Shown: positions 19,900-30,960, numbered from the stretch's first letter. The stretch: DNA of 64,000 nucleotides from Candidatus Woesearchaeota archaeon (GCA_030156615.1 JASGME010000005.1:1858-65857); one strand, 5' to 3'. Numbers and translations are program-made. The notes: generated by a model not told the origin, from the letters alone.

Positions 19900-20442
19900 T
19901 CACATCCTTCTCCATTTTAATTCAAGATATGTAATCGTGTTGTCGTTGTCAACAAATGCCAATAACATTGATTTTCTAGTTGAATTTGCAATTCTGTTCT
20001 TCCCTAAGATATCTTCAAAAACCAGCTTTCCATCAGCTTTTACAGGAATTACAATCCATCTTGCATGTTCTTTTCCTGGCAAAATTCCCTTTTCATATAC
20101 TCTGAAAAGAGCTCCGTATTTTACACCTGCCTTTACAACATAATCTTTATTTCTCAAATCTTTAAAAACTAGATAATTTAAAGGAAAATCCGGATTTTTC
20201 CTTATCATTATCTTAAAGAATTGCTCAGCAGTTATTTCTTTCTCGTATCTATTTAAAAGATTTATCTTGTTTTTTTCAAGAAGGAATAAAGTTTCATAAC
20301 TCGAAAGATATATGAATTCCTCATATATTTCTCCAAATCCTTTTTTTAGCAATAACCTTGCATAATTTGAGCCCTGAACTATGATTTCGTTTTTTGATAA
20401 AATTGCATTTGCTTTCTTTTCCATTTTTATTTTGTTAATCAT
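19900..20442 (-). CDS. endA: tRNA-intron endonuclease (single-unit subunit)
   Basis: LSSYETLFL, VFKDLRNKDYVVKAGVKYGALFRVY, EHA, RIANSTRK: catalytic Tyr/His/Lys present. Confidence 0.93.
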   Translation of the reverse strand: MINKIKMEKKANAILSKNEIIVQGSNYARLLLKKGFGEIYEEFIYLSSYETLFLLEKNKINLLNRYEKEITAEQFFKIMIRKNPDFPLNYLVFKDLRNKDYVVKAGVKYGALFRVYEKGILPGKEHARWIVIPVKADGKLVFEDILGKNRIANSTRKSMLLAFVDNDNTITYLELKWRRM

Positions 20443-20571
20443 TTGTGCTTTTTAAGGTTGTTGTTTAATACATAAAACATTCCGCATTTCTATTTTATTT
20501 CTTGGAATTTTTACATTGCTGCTTAGGTCAACTTTTTATTTCTTCAATTGAACATTTTTCTATGAGTCGGA

Positions 20572-22644
20572 ATGAAAATGTTAAAGCCAAATCAATGCTG
20601 GTTTTTGTTCCTCGTTATGCTTCTTTTTGTTTCTTCTTTCTCTATGACTCCTCATTTGGTTCTTGCTACGGATTCTATAGCCGACTGTCTTTATATAAGC
20701 GAGCTTATGCCAGATCCAGTAGGAGACGATGACAAGCTTGAATACATTGAGATATGCAATGCCTGTAATTCCACATTTAATACATCTGAATTATTCATAA
20801 GTATAAAAGATAAAAATTACAGCATTTCCGGAAAGATTATTGAAGCAAATTCAAGCCTTTTAATAGTTAAAAGTTGTTCTTCCAGCGAAGATATTTGCGG
20901 AAAATTGAATCTTTCCAATGAATCAGATGATGTCTTTTGTTGCTATTCAAACAATCTTGTAAATGGCGGAAGCAATGTATCTTTATTTCTTTTAAACAAT
21001 TCAAACGAATCCAACCAAAGCTTTTTCCTTGTTGATTTCTTTGAATATAATAGCTCAAAAGAAGGATATGCTTATGTTAGAAATTCAAATGGCTCTTTTA
21101 TTGAGATTAAAGGAGGCAATCCCGGAGCATGTATCTTTGGGAATTCTTCCGAGATTGATGATTCTATTTCTTCTGATAATAATATTGAGGAAAACGAATC
21201 AAGCAATAATGAAACAAGTTCAAATGATGAAAATCCAGATTCCGATGAAGAACCATCTGAAGAAGATACCTCTGAAAATGATGCTTCAGAAGAAGGAGAA
21301 AATCCAGAAGAATACGAGAAAGATTACATATACATAAAAGCTCCACTAATCATTGATGAGACTTCAGTAAGCTATAGAATTGGCTTATTTCAATATGACT
21401 CTTCTGAATATTCTACAGATGATTTTGAATACGTTTATTGGGTTGAGGACTTCTGTGGAAACATTTTGAGAGATAAAAGAACAAGTTCTTCTTTTAGCGA
21501 TAAATCCTTCACGCCAAGAACCAATTGTTGTGCATATTCTATTAACGCAAAGTTGATAGCTCCATATGAATCGGAGATTGTATCGCAGATACTAATAAAA
21601 CCTCAGGATTGTATTGAAGGCTATGAAGCGATTGAAACCCTAGAGCAGAACTTGGAAGAATTGTGCAATGAATCAAATTCAAATGAAACAAATTCAAGTT
21701 CAGATTCTTCTGAAGAATGCGAAGATGATTTTATATACATAAAAGCCCCGCAGATTATTAATGAAACATCAGTGGCTTATGAAATCAGATTATTTAAGCA
21801 GGATTGCTCAGAATATTCTATCGATGATTTTGAATACATTTACTGGGTTGAAGATTTCTGTGGAAATATCTTGAGGGATAAAAGGATAAGCTCTTCATTT
21901 GGCGATAAATCCTTTACACCAAGAACTGATTGCTGTGCTTATTCAATCAATGCAAAGCTAATTGCCCCTTATGAATCAGATATTGTCTCTAAAGTTCTAA
22001 TCAAGCCTTCTTCGTGTATGAATTATGAAAATATGAAAGAAGAACTTTCAATGATGGAAATGCAACTTAAAGAGAAGGAGGAATTGATTGAGGAATTTTC
22101 TAATCAAAGAATCTTGAATTCTGGTGAATTCATTAGATCTTTTTATACTTTAAAGGAGTATTTTGAACCGAATATAAGTTTTTATGCGAATCTTGATTTG
22201 ACTTATCTGAATTCTAGCGAACCAAGGTTGTTCATTGCTGAAGAGTCCTTTGAAGCAAACGATGGGAAGAATGAAATTGTATTGAACCTCTCTAAACCAG
22301 AAGGCAGGTTGCTTCTTGTTTTGGTTAATGATTCTGATTTGCTTGATTATCGTTTTTTAAATTATTCTTTTGAATACAATCAAAACCAACAGACTTCTGA
22401 AGGTCATGGATTGAATTCTTTGACAGCTCCTTCAAAAAACAATAAATCTGTTGAGGCCAATATAGAGAATGTTTCAGAATCATCAAATATTCAAGGTGCT
22501 TATGTTTATCTATCATCAGATTCTTCTTCAGAAGAAATATATCCTTTTATCCTGCCGGCTTCAATAGGAATTGTCGCAACAATCTATGTTTATCAAAGAA
22601 AGAATTCAAAGAAAGGAAGGAGAAAGGCTGCTATCAGTTCATAA
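20572..22644 (+). CDS. Secreted lamin-tail-domain protein with internal duplication and C-terminal TM anchor
   Basis: Signal peptide; LYISELMPDPVGDDDKLEYIEI (LTD signature); acidic linker; TM IYPFILPASIGIVATIYVY plus basic tail. Confidence 0.8.
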   Translation: MKMLKPNQCWFLFLVMLLFVSSFSMTPHLVLATDSIADCLYISELMPDPVGDDDKLEYIEICNACNSTFNTSELFISIKDKNYSISGKIIEANSSLLIVKSCSSSEDICGKLNLSNESDDVFCCYSNNLVNGGSNVSLFLLNNSNESNQSFFLVDFFEYNSSKEGYAYVRNSNGSFIEIKGGNPGACIFGNSSEIDDSISSDNNIEENESSNNETSSNDENPDSDEEPSEEDTSENDASEEGENPEEYEKDYIYIKAPLIIDETSVSYRIGLFQYDSSEYSTDDFEYVYWVEDFCGNILRDKRTSSSFSDKSFTPRTNCCAYSINAKLIAPYESEIVSQILIKPQDCIEGYEAIETLEQNLEELCNESNSNETNSSSDSSEECEDDFIYIKAPQIINETSVAYEIRLFKQDCSEYSIDDFEYIYWVEDFCGNILRDKRISSSFGDKSFTPRTDCCAYSINAKLIAPYESDIVSKVLIKPSSCMNYENMKEELSMMEMQLKEKEELIEEFSNQRILNSGEFIRSFYTLKEYFEPNISFYANLDLTYLNSSEPRLFIAEESFEANDGKNEIVLNLSKPEGRLLLVLVNDSDLLDYRFLNYSFEYNQNQQTSEGHGLNSLTAPSKNNKSVEANIENVSESSNIQGAYVYLSSDSSSEEIYPFILPASIGIVATIYVYQRKNSKKGRRKAAISS
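21325..22008 (+). repeat. Intragenic ~93-codon duplication (21325-21603 and 21730-22008)
   Basis: Both copies carry IYIKAP...DDFEY(V/I)YWVEDFCGNILRDKR...DKSFTPRT(N/D)CCAYSINAKLIAPYES...LIKP. Confidence 0.92.
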
Positions 22645-23670
22645 TCCCTGCAGAGAATTATTCAATGAAAATCTTGCAAGTGTAATCTTCTTCTTCCCCT
22701 GCATTATCTCTTTCTTCTCTTCGCAGTTAAACTCTTCTGGCAGCAGGAAATTATCATCAAGAGCGAAGCAAAGAAATCCATTTTCGCTTAGATGCTTCTT
22801 TATCATATTGTATACATAAATTGATTTCGAAGATTTTTTAGGAAAAGATAATGCAATGTCAATTCTCTCTTTCTGAAGCCTTTCTTCAACTTCTTTTATA
22901 TTAAAAAATGACTCAATCTTTTTATGTATGCCAGCAATCTTTGCGTTCTTTTTTGTATATGTTATGCTTGAGCTATTTAAATCAGAAACAATAATCTTTA
23001 ATTCTTCTTTAACTTCTTTTTTATCAAGCTCTTTCAAAAATCTCTCCACATCAAAATCAAAGAATGGAACTTTAAAGATATTCTTTGTGTAATAATTAAT
23101 GGATCTGTGTAGCAAAAGGAAGGCTGTTTCAATTGCAATTGTTCCATCATTGCAGAAAGGATCAAGGATTGTCTGGGTTTTGCAGGGATTGCTCATTAAA
23201 GCAAGGCAGGTAGCTACTATCGGATTCAAAGTTCTTGGAGTAACGAAAACCCTGTAATCTCTTTTTGAAAGCTCATAATTTAAGATGTCTTCTGCAATAA
23301 TTACCCTTTCTTTTTCTACAATGAAAATGATGCTTTCTTTTGAGCTATACCTTACATTGCATTTTTCCTCGAGAAGTTTTCTTATGCTTCCTTTTTCATC
23401 ATCTCCTATGATAACTGGTTTAAATTCTCTTCTGGCAATTTCATTTGGAATTCCAAAATTTTCTTCATTATCTCTTTCAGCTTCGTATAACTTGATACAA
23501 ATTCTTTCTGCTGTTTGGGAAAAATAAGCAAATTCAAGAAGCCTTTTTTTTGTTGTTGAGAATTCGCAGTATTGCTCCCCATTTTTGCATCGAATCCCGT
23601 ATTGATTCATTTCTTTGCTTAAGAATTTTTCAGCTCCTTTTAGTGTAATAGCAATGAATTCATGCTCCAT
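22639..23670 (-). CDS. THUMP-domain RNA methyltransferase (Trm14/RlmL-like)
   Basis: FIAITLKGAEK, LSKRDYRVF, TLNPIVA, ILDPFCNDGTIAIETA, AKIAGI. Confidence 0.8.
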   Translation of the reverse strand: MEHEFIAITLKGAEKFLSKEMNQYGIRCKNGEQYCEFSTTKKRLLEFAYFSQTAERICIKLYEAERDNEENFGIPNEIARREFKPVIIGDDEKGSIRKLLEEKCNVRYSSKESIIFIVEKERVIIAEDILNYELSKRDYRVFVTPRTLNPIVATCLALMSNPCKTQTILDPFCNDGTIAIETAFLLLHRSINYYTKNIFKVPFFDFDVERFLKELDKKEVKEELKIIVSDLNSSSITYTKKNAKIAGIHKKIESFFNIKEVEERLQKERIDIALSFPKKSSKSIYVYNMIKKHLSENGFLCFALDDNFLLPEEFNCEEKKEIMQGKKKITLARFSLNNSLQGL

Positions 23671-23689
23671 TTTACTCTGTTCACAATTT

Positions 23690-26155
23690 TTATTCTTCGT
23701 TATTCTTTATCTCTCTTGTAATCTCTTCCAAATTGCTTATTATTGTTAATCCCTTGACCTCATCATCGTCATCAAGTCTTATCGTTCTTACTCCCATTGC
23801 ATGCCTCCCAACTTCAGAAATCTCGTCAACCCTTGTTCTTATAGTTATCCCTTTAGTTGTTACTATGATTATTTCATCGCCGGGCATTACAGCATTTACA
23901 CAGGCAACATCGCCTGTCTTTTTGTTTATCTTCATGTTTATTACTCCTTTGCCTCCTCTGTTTGTCTCTCTGTATTCCTGAACATCGGTTCTTTTTCCAA
24001 AGCCTCTTTGACTTATGCTTAGTATTCTTTCGTTTGAAGAAATATTGGCAATTGAGATTACTTCATCATCGTCTCTTAACTTTATTCCTCTTACGCCAAT
24101 AGATGTTCTTCCACTGGCTCTAATCTTGTTTTCATTGAATCTAACGGCAAATCCTTTTTTCGTGAAAAGCATTATGTCCTGCATTCCGTCAGTTTTTACA
24201 ACATTGACCAAGTTGTCTCCATTATTTAAAGACAGTGCAATTATTCCACCTTTCCTTGGGTTAGAGAAATTAGAGATTTTTGTCTTTTTGACATAACCTT
24301 TTTTAGTTGCCATCACCAGATATCCTTCTTTTTCAATATCTTTTATGGTTAAGGCAACGCTAATTTCTTCTTTCTCTGAAAGATTTAGCATATTAATTAT
24401 TGGAATTCCCCTTGAATATCTTTTCTCTTCTGGCACAAGATAACTTTTAAGCCAATAAACCCTTCCTTTATTTGTGAAGAAAAGAAGATAACTGTGTGTT
24501 GTAGCATATATAATCTGTTTGACAAAATCTTCTTGAATCGTATTCGTTGAGATTATTCCTTTCCCTCCTCTTCTCTGCGTTTTGTATTCTGTAAGAGGCA
24601 ATCTCTTTATGTATCCTTTATTTGTCAGAAGAACAACAATATCTTCTTCATCCAGCAGTTCTTCATAGTCTATATCGATCCCTTCTTCATCATCTACTAT
24701 TTCTGTTCTTCTTTCATCACCATATTCTTTTATCATTTCAAGTTGTTCATCTTTTATTATTTGCAGAATATTCTTTCTGTCAGAAAGTATTGTTTCATAT
24801 TCTTTTATCTTTGATAATATCTCTGAATGTTCGTCTTTTATCTTGTTTCTTTCAAGAGCAGTAAGGCTTTGTAGGCGCATCTTTAAGATTGAATCTGTTT
24901 GTAAATCTGTCAAAGGAAATCTTGCTTTCAGGTTCTTTCTTGCTTCATCTGCATTATTTGCCTTTTTTATTAAACCTATTATTTCATCAAGATTCTCAAG
25001 CGCAATTAAAAGTCCTTCAAGGACCTCAGCCCTTTGTTTCGCCTTATTCAACTCAAACCTTGTTCTTCTTGTAATTACTTCTTCTCTGTGTTTTATGAAT
25101 TCTTCAAGCAGTCCTTTTATGTTGAGAGTAACAGGTCTTTTGCCAACTATTGCAACCATATTTACTCCAAATGTTGTCTGAAAACTCGAATGCTTGCATA
25201 ATTGATTCTTCAAGACTTCTATATTGGTTGAGTTTGACAGTTCTAAAACTATCCTTATCCCATCTTTATTTGATTCGTCTCTTATGTCTCTCACGCCACT
25301 AATTCTCTTATCCATCACTGCCTCAGCAATCTTTTCTACCATAGTTGCTTTGTTCAAGAAAGGAGGAATTTCATTTATGACGAATCTTCTATACTTATCG
25401 TCTTCCTCAACAGTGTATTTGCCTCTAACAATCAGGCTTCCTCTTCCTGTACGCATTGCCTTTATTATATTGCTTCTGCCTATTATTACTCCTCCAGTAG
25501 GGAAATCTGGGGCGGGAATTATTTTCATTATCTCTTCAAAAGATATCTCGGGATTGTCTATGACTGCTATTACTGCATTGCAGGCCTCTTTTATATTATG
25601 TGGAGGAATGTTTGTTGCCATCCCAACAGCAATCCCTGATGAACCATTTACTAATAAGGATGGAAATTTTGCAGGCAGAACAACCGGCTCCTTGAGCGAA
25701 CCATCAAAATTATCAATAAAATCAACAGTATCTTTGTCTATATCAGAAAGCATCTCCTCTGCAATCTTAGATAATCTTGCCTCAGTATATCTCATTGCAG
25801 CAGGCGAATCCCCATCTACACTTCCAAAGTTGCCATGTCCATCTACAAAAGGATATCTCATTGAAAATGGCTGTGCCATTCTTGTTAATGCGTCATATAT
25901 GGCTGCATCTCCATGTGGATGATATTTTCCCATGCAGTCCCCAACTATCCTTGCTGATTTCTTATAAGAAGTATTATGCAAGACCCCAAGTTCTTTCATA
26001 GAATAAAGAATCCTTCTGTGTACCGGCTTAAGCCCGTCCCTTACATCTGGTATAGCTCTACCAATGATTACAGACATTGCATAATCAATGTAAGAACTCT
26101 TCATCTCCTCTTCAATCTCTCTTTCAGAGATTGTCCCTTCTTTCTCTTCAGTCAT
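23690..26155 (-). CDS. gyrA: DNA gyrase subunit A
   Basis: [36 protein letters not shown] catalytic Tyr, GyrA-box QRRGGKG, C-terminal pinwheel repeats. Confidence 0.97.
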   Translation of the reverse strand: MTEEKEGTISEREIEEEMKSSYIDYAMSVIIGRAIPDVRDGLKPVHRRILYSMKELGVLHNTSYKKSARIVGDCMGKYHPHGDAAIYDALTRMAQPFSMRYPFVDGHGNFGSVDGDSPAAMRYTEARLSKIAEEMLSDIDKDTVDFIDNFDGSLKEPVVLPAKFPSLLVNGSSGIAVGMATNIPPHNIKEACNAVIAVIDNPEISFEEIMKIIPAPDFPTGGVIIGRSNIIKAMRTGRGSLIVRGKYTVEEDDKYRRFVINEIPPFLNKATMVEKIAEAVMDKRISGVRDIRDESNKDGIRIVLELSNSTNIEVLKNQLCKHSSFQTTFGVNMVAIVGKRPVTLNIKGLLEEFIKHREEVITRRTRFELNKAKQRAEVLEGLLIALENLDEIIGLIKKANNADEARKNLKARFPLTDLQTDSILKMRLQSLTALERNKIKDEHSEILSKIKEYETILSDRKNILQIIKDEQLEMIKEYGDERRTEIVDDEEGIDIDYEELLDEEDIVVLLTNKGYIKRLPLTEYKTQRRGGKGIISTNTIQEDFVKQIIYATTHSYLLFFTNKGRVYWLKSYLVPEEKRYSRGIPIINMLNLSEKEEISVALTIKDIEKEGYLVMATKKGYVKKTKISNFSNPRKGGIIALSLNNGDNLVNVVKTDGMQDIMLFTKKGFAVRFNENKIRASGRTSIGVRGIKLRDDDEVISIANISSNERILSISQRGFGKRTDVQEYRETNRGGKGVINMKINKKTGDVACVNAVMPGDEIIIVTTKGITIRTRVDEISEVGRHAMGVRTIRLDDDDEVKGLTIISNLEEITREIKNNEE

Positions 26156-26220
26156 ATTAAATCGCAATTCCCTCTTCTATAAATATCTTTTTCTTTTGTC
26201 ATATTTTATCCATTGAATTA

Positions 26221-27180
26221 CTATATTAAAGCAAGGATTAATATGCTGCCAAGGAATGTTGAAGCTGTTAAGAAGGGCATTGCCGGATAGTATTTATTTT
26301 GTTTTCCTAAAATAAGCAGTAAAAATATTGAAAGTGTTTGAATTAATGCAATGATAGAAGTTGCAAGAAATGCAAGGCTCTCTGATAAGAAGAGAAGGCT
26401 TGCCCATTGAAAGAAAGAGATATTGTATATCAAAGGAAAGACAATATCGCCCCCGCCTAAAATTGCAGTCTTCTCTCTTATTTCTCTTTCATTTTTGTAT
26501 CTTTTTCCCTTTTTTATCTCTTCATCTTTTTTTATGCCTGAATCTTCTTTTGTGTAATCTTTAGTCATTTCTTTTTTATCTTTATATCCAATCATGATGC
26601 CTGAGAATGCCCCTGTTTTCTTTTGAAATTCTGCAATTGTTATCATATGCTTTAATTTAAAAACAGCCAAGTAATCATATATTGATATTATCAAAAGAAG
26701 TATAAAAGCCCAGAAAGGAGTTAGATTAAAACTAAAGATTATTGCTATCCCTGTATAGATTAAGATTTCAATGATTATTTTTAAAAGATACAGATGTCTT
26801 TTGCTCAGTTTTATCATCATAGCTATTAATGCAAAGCTTAATGCTATGCTTCTATTAAAGAAGATAGAAAGGGTAATATAAACACAAAATAACACTGCAA
26901 ATCCATACCATATCCTCCAGATTCTTTGTTTGTTGAACCTGTTTAATATAAGAATAATAATACTTGCAATTATTATCCCTGTTGTTATAGCTGTTATAAA
27001 GTATATATTTTCTTTAATTGTTCTTCCAAAAAATTCCTGAGCTTCGTCTTGCTTAAGCGAATCTGAGCTCTGGTTTATTTCAACAAGATTGAAGCTGTAT
27101 GATGCGCTAAACAGTCCAAATACCTGAGCAAAGAAAAAAATCATACATAGCAGGCCAACTATTGAATAAGAATGTTTCAT
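26221..27180 (-). CDS. Presenilin/SPP-family GxGD intramembrane aspartyl protease
   Basis: SIYDYLAVF, LGGGDIVFP, YPAMPFL; multiple TM helices. Confidence 0.9.
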   Translation of the reverse strand: MKHSYSIVGLLCMIFFFAQVFGLFSASYSFNLVEINQSSDSLKQDEAQEFFGRTIKENIYFITAITTGIIIASIIILILNRFNKQRIWRIWYGFAVLFCVYITLSIFFNRSIALSFALIAMMIKLSKRHLYLLKIIIEILIYTGIAIIFSFNLTPFWAFILLLIISIYDYLAVFKLKHMITIAEFQKKTGAFSGIMIGYKDKKEMTKDYTKEDSGIKKDEEIKKGKRYKNEREIREKTAILGGGDIVFPLIYNISFFQWASLLFLSESLAFLATSIIALIQTLSIFLLLILGKQNKYYPAMPFLTASTFLGSILILALI

Positions 27181-27273
27181 TATTCCATGATTTTTCTTCT
27201 TGTTTTAATCTTTTTCTTTTTCGTGGCGTCAAAAAAAGCAGAAGGATGTAAGATATTGCTTGTTGCGGACAAC

Positions 27274-27436
27274 CTATTTTTGTGGATCAACCTTTAAAAT
27301 GAAATATTCTGTTTCGTTATAACTCAAAAGAAGTTTTATCTCATTAAGTTTGTTAGCAGTTCGTTGAGCTCTCAAGACATTTTCAATAGCATAGCCAGTT
27401 AAATATAATATAATCAGAGTCTTTTTATCCAAAAAC
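27274..27436 (-). pseudogene. 3' remnant of a paralog of the 31378-33261 membrane glycosyltransferase-like gene
   Basis: DNA 27289-27436 aligns with 31381-31531. FLDKK...ENVLRAQRTANKLNEIKLLLSYNETEYFILK versus FLDKK...ENNSRAQLTVNKLNELKLPLVYNETGYFLFK, with a small indel. Confidence 0.8.
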
Positions 27437-27472
27437 AGATAATTTATTAAGTTTTTATGCTTATAGATAATT

Positions 27473-28102
27473 ATGATACCAAAAATAGAATTCAGATGGT
27501 CTTTCATTTATCAGGAAGAAATTCATTTGCCTAAAAAAGAAGATTATGACAGGGACAAATGGGAAAAATATGTTAAAGATTTTATCGTCAAGATTAAAAA
27601 GGAATGGGATAAAAACGGGGACGACATATTAAGATATATGGAACAGATTACTGGCCTGAAATGGAAGGAAAAGAAGATTATCTGCTATGTTATCAAAATG
27701 AGCGAGTTTGGGCCAATATCAGATCCTTTGACAATACCGATTCAGTTAAGGTTCAAGAAAGAGATTTTTACGCTGACTAGTGAAAGATTCTTTGATATGC
27801 TTACACATGAATTAATACACAATCTTTTTATTCAAAATGAAGATAAACTGGATAGGTATTTTGATACTCTAATTAATAAAAAGTATAAGAATCTGAGTCA
27901 GAATACTGCAATACATGTGCCAGTTCATGCAATCCACAAAGAAATTTTTGACAAATTCTTTGAAAAAAGAAGATTTGAAGATGAAATAGAGGCTTGTTCT
28001 TATTATCCTGAATATAAGAAAGCATGGGATATTGTTCTTAATGAAGGGAGTGAGAAGATTATTGAAGATTTAAGAAAATCCCTAATCGTAAATAACGAGT
28101 AA
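27473..28102 (+). CDS. Hypothetical protein with HExxH motif (possible zincin metallopeptidase)
   Basis: ISDPLTI...DMLTHELIHNL...HVPVHAIH. Confidence 0.65.
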   Translation: MIPKIEFRWSFIYQEEIHLPKKEDYDRDKWEKYVKDFIVKIKKEWDKNGDDILRYMEQITGLKWKEKKIICYVIKMSEFGPISDPLTIPIQLRFKKEIFTLTSERFFDMLTHELIHNLFIQNEDKLDRYFDTLINKKYKNLSQNTAIHVPVHAIHKEIFDKFFEKRRFEDEIEACSYYPEYKKAWDIVLNEGSEKIIEDLRKSLIVNNE

Positions 28103-28249
28103 ATTACTGTCGTATCTGATTATCGCGTCAATTAAAGTGTCTGAGTTGATAGAATATCTTGGGTTTGACTGAAAATCAGCAGGATCGGTTACATAAAATC
28201 GACCCTTCTTAAAACCATTAATAACTAATGTATGTTTCCAAGGTTCACC
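28082..28249 (-). pseudogene. Start-less C-terminal fragment of a papain-fold (C39-like) peptidase
   Basis: GEPWKHTLVINGFKKGRFYVTDPADF...DSNLLVIYD* shows the H-x-x-V-I-x-G...F-x-V-x-DP pattern; preceded by an in-frame TGA. Confidence 0.55.
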
Positions 28250-28322
28250 TCAGATATCTTATGTGTTAATAACTAATTGGAGTATATGAAGTTTACGTTT
28301 CAGTTGATGTTTTAAATAAATG

Positions 28323-28674
28323 GGGCCTGTCCGGAATAAATGATCATCTTAATGAAGAGTGACTTAGTGATTTGGGATTTCCCTTAAAAATTCGTGCAGT
28401 ATATGCTTATTCTTCTTAAGAAGAGATAATTGATTTTGCATTTTTGCCACCAAGAATTCAAAACCGGTCTACCCTTTAATACTTTCCTTGGCAAACCGGA
28501 TAAACAATATTGATTTTTATATGATACGAGCTATTCTTCCTCTCTTGGAGGGTGATGCCTGCGAAGAGAAACTGGCGGAAGTATAACGATCGAATCCTCC
28601 AGGGAGGTGAATGGTGGGGAGCTATTCCAGCAAGGAAGATGATTTTTGAGGAATGGTCGAGCTACAAGTATTGA
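28323..28674 (+). mobile_element. Possible IS5-family (IS903-group) remnant: left-end-like sequence plus truncated transposase N-terminus
   Basis: 28555-28674 reads MPAKRNWRKYNDRILQGGEWW..., resembling the NW-x-x-YN...GE/S start of IS903-group transposases, after a GGAGG RBS. GGCCTGTCCGGAATAAAT at 28324 resembles the IS903 end as recalled from memory. No DDE domain. Confidence 0.4.
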
Positions 28675-28842
28675 AGGATAAATTCAGGAAGCGGCTATGA
28701 AGTTGCTGTTTTATGGTATGTTTAAAAGGATAAAATTAGATAAATAGTTTTTAGACTATCGCTGCGAGTTAGGTTTATTCATTTGTACGATGCAGCATCT
28801 TTTTCAAAAGATTTTAAAATAAGTCTTTTTTTCTCAAATCAT

Positions 28843-30156
28843 ATGATTGAAATATATACTATTGGAGGCTTTTTAGAGATAGGCAGAAATATGACCCTTG
28901 TCAGATATAAGAATGAAGCCGTTATTATTGACATGGGCCTCCATATGCCAAATTATATCAATTTTACAGAAGATGAGGATATCGAGAATATTGACTACAG
29001 GCAGCTTCTGAATGCTGGAGCCATCCCTGATTTCAGAGTTGTAGAAGATTTAGCAAAAGAGGTTAAAGCAATTATTCCTACCCATGCTCATCTTGATCAT
29101 CTTGGAGCTATTCCATACTTGGCAAATCTTTTTCCGAATGCTAAGATAATAGCTACTCCTTTCTCTGGCGAGGTTTTGAATCTTATTTGTAAAGAAGAAA
29201 GGATTTCATTAAATTCCTCAATAAAGGCTATTAAACCAAAAGCATCATTTAATCTTTCTGAGAATCTTCGTATCAATTTTGTCCCAATAACACATTCAAC
29301 CCCTCAAACCGTTCTTGTTGTTATAGAAACGCCAGAGGGAAAGATAGGTTATGCTAATGACTTCAAATTTGATAAATCTCCTGTTCTTGGGAAGAAGCCA
29401 GACAAGAGGACAATAGCGAGATTTGCTCCTTTAAAATTGCTTATTATGGACACCTTGTATGGAAAGACTCTTGGAAAGACTCCTTCAGAGAATGTTGCTC
29501 GTAATATGTTGAAAGATATACTCTTTGATGATTCTATTACTAAAAACAATGCCCTCATCATAACTACATTCTCTTCACATATTGCAAGAATAAAATCTAT
29601 CTGTGATTTTGCAGCGAGGCTTAAGAGAAAACCAGTTTTTCTTGGTAGAAGCTTTAAAAAGTATCTTAAGGCAGCAGCGGATTCAAATGTCTATCAATTG
29701 CCACAAGGATACCCTGTTTTTTCTTTTTCTAAGGATGTTAAGAGAGCCTTAAAGAATATAAGAAGAAATCCGGAAAAATACATCGCTGTTGTTACAGGGC
29801 ATCAAGCAGAAAAGAAGGCTGTTTTAAGCCGAATGGATGAAGGACTTTTCAATTTTAATAAAGGAGATGTTGTTATTTTTTCTTCTTCAATTATTCCGGG
29901 AGGAGATAATAAAGAGAGAAGAGAAGCTTTAGAGAATTCATTAAGTCAGAAAGGCGTTCGTGTTTTCTCAGATGTTCATGTTTCAGGTCATGCTTCTCGT
30001 GAGGATCATAGATTATTGCTTAGTCTTTTAAAGCCAAAGATTGTTGTACCAGCCCATTCCGATGAAGAGAATGCAAAGGCTTTTATGAGCTTTGCCGAAG
30101 AAGAAAAGCTGGCCAAGCCTATAATTGCAAAGGAAGGTGACAAAATCCTTGTTTGA
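28843..30156 (+). CDS. rnj: Ribonuclease J (MBL/beta-CASP)
   Basis: IGGFLEIGRNMT, IDMG, THAHLDHLGA, THSTP, DFKFD, FSSHIAR, TGHQAE, HVSGHASRED, PAH. Confidence 0.93.
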   Translation: MIEIYTIGGFLEIGRNMTLVRYKNEAVIIDMGLHMPNYINFTEDEDIENIDYRQLLNAGAIPDFRVVEDLAKEVKAIIPTHAHLDHLGAIPYLANLFPNAKIIATPFSGEVLNLICKEERISLNSSIKAIKPKASFNLSENLRINFVPITHSTPQTVLVVIETPEGKIGYANDFKFDKSPVLGKKPDKRTIARFAPLKLLIMDTLYGKTLGKTPSENVARNMLKDILFDDSITKNNALIITTFSSHIARIKSICDFAARLKRKPVFLGRSFKKYLKAAADSNVYQLPQGYPVFSFSKDVKRALKNIRRNPEKYIAVVTGHQAEKKAVLSRMDEGLFNFNKGDVVIFSSSIIPGGDNKERREALENSLSQKGVRVFSDVHVSGHASREDHRLLLSLLKPKIVVPAHSDEENAKAFMSFAEEEKLAKPIIAKEGDKILV

Positions 30157-30210
30157 GCTGCTTATCAGATAAATTTAAATATATCCTTTGAATTTATGAA
30201 CAGGGGGATA

Positions 30211-30960
30211 ATGATGAAACTTACAATTGCAGAACCAAAATATTTGAAGGATACAATCTCAATCATCTCAGAGCTCGTTAGTGAAGCAACATTCAAAATA
30301 GACAAGAATGGAATGGGCCTTGTTGCTATGGACCCTGCTAATGTTTCTATGGTTTTATTTAATCTATTCTCAAGTGCTTTTGTTGAATACAAGGTTGAAG
30401 AGCCTACGGACTTAGGAATTAATCTTTCTAATTTAAAGCAGATATTACGAAGGGCTAACCCTTCTGATATGATTTCTCTATCAACAGTCGGAAAGGGAAA
30501 ATTAAAGGTTTTATTCAGTGGGCAGACAAAGAGACAGTTTTTTCTGCCAATAATTGATATTGATCAAGAGGAACAAAAGATTCCTGATTTGAAGTTTCAG
30601 GCTGATTTGACATTGAATTCAAAAATCTTGGCAGATGCCATTGATGATGTTGATATCGTCTCGGATTCCCTAATTATTGAAGTTGATAAGGAGCACTTAG
30701 TTATTAGAGGTGAAGGAGATCTTTCACAATCGGAAACAGAGATCCCGGCTGGAGAGGATGTCTCTATAACCCTTGAAGGGGCTGATAAAGTAAAAGCAAG
30801 TTATTCCGTTGAATATTTAAAGAAGATGATGAATGCGGCAAAGATTTCTGACAAATGCAAGTTGAGGTTTGGTAACGATTGGCCAATGAAGTTAGAATTT
30901 AATGAGGTTGATAAGATTTCTCTGGCATTTGTTCTTGCCCCAAGATTTGAATACGACTAA
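30211..30960 (+). CDS. pcn: PCNA sliding clamp
   Basis: ISELVSEATF, AMDPANVSMV, SYSVEYLKKM, FGNDWPMKL, FVLAPR. Confidence 0.96.
   Translation: MMKLTIAEPKYLKDTISIISELVSEATFKIDKNGMGLVAMDPANVSMVLFNLFSSAFVEYKVEEPTDLGINLSNLKQILRRANPSDMISLSTVGKGKLKVLFSGQTKRQFFLPIIDIDQEEQKIPDLKFQADLTLNSKILADAIDDVDIVSDSLIIEVDKEHLVIRGEGDLSQSETEIPAGEDVSITLEGADKVKASYSVEYLKKMMNAAKISDKCKLRFGNDWPMKLEFNEVDKISLAFVLAPRFEYD

Noticed and set aside
26221-27180. Presenilin homolog as the prepilin peptidase of the pilin-like operon
   Set aside because: Its motifs (YD, GxGD, PAMP) are presenilin/SPP-type rather than PibD/FlaK-type, and it lies 11 kb away with no supporting linkage.
28321-28337. tRNA 3' end on the minus strand (ATTCCGGACAGGCCCCA)
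   Set aside because: No T-loop consensus, anticodon arm or matching 5' acceptor strand nearby. At most an att-like scar, and it fits an IS end equally well.
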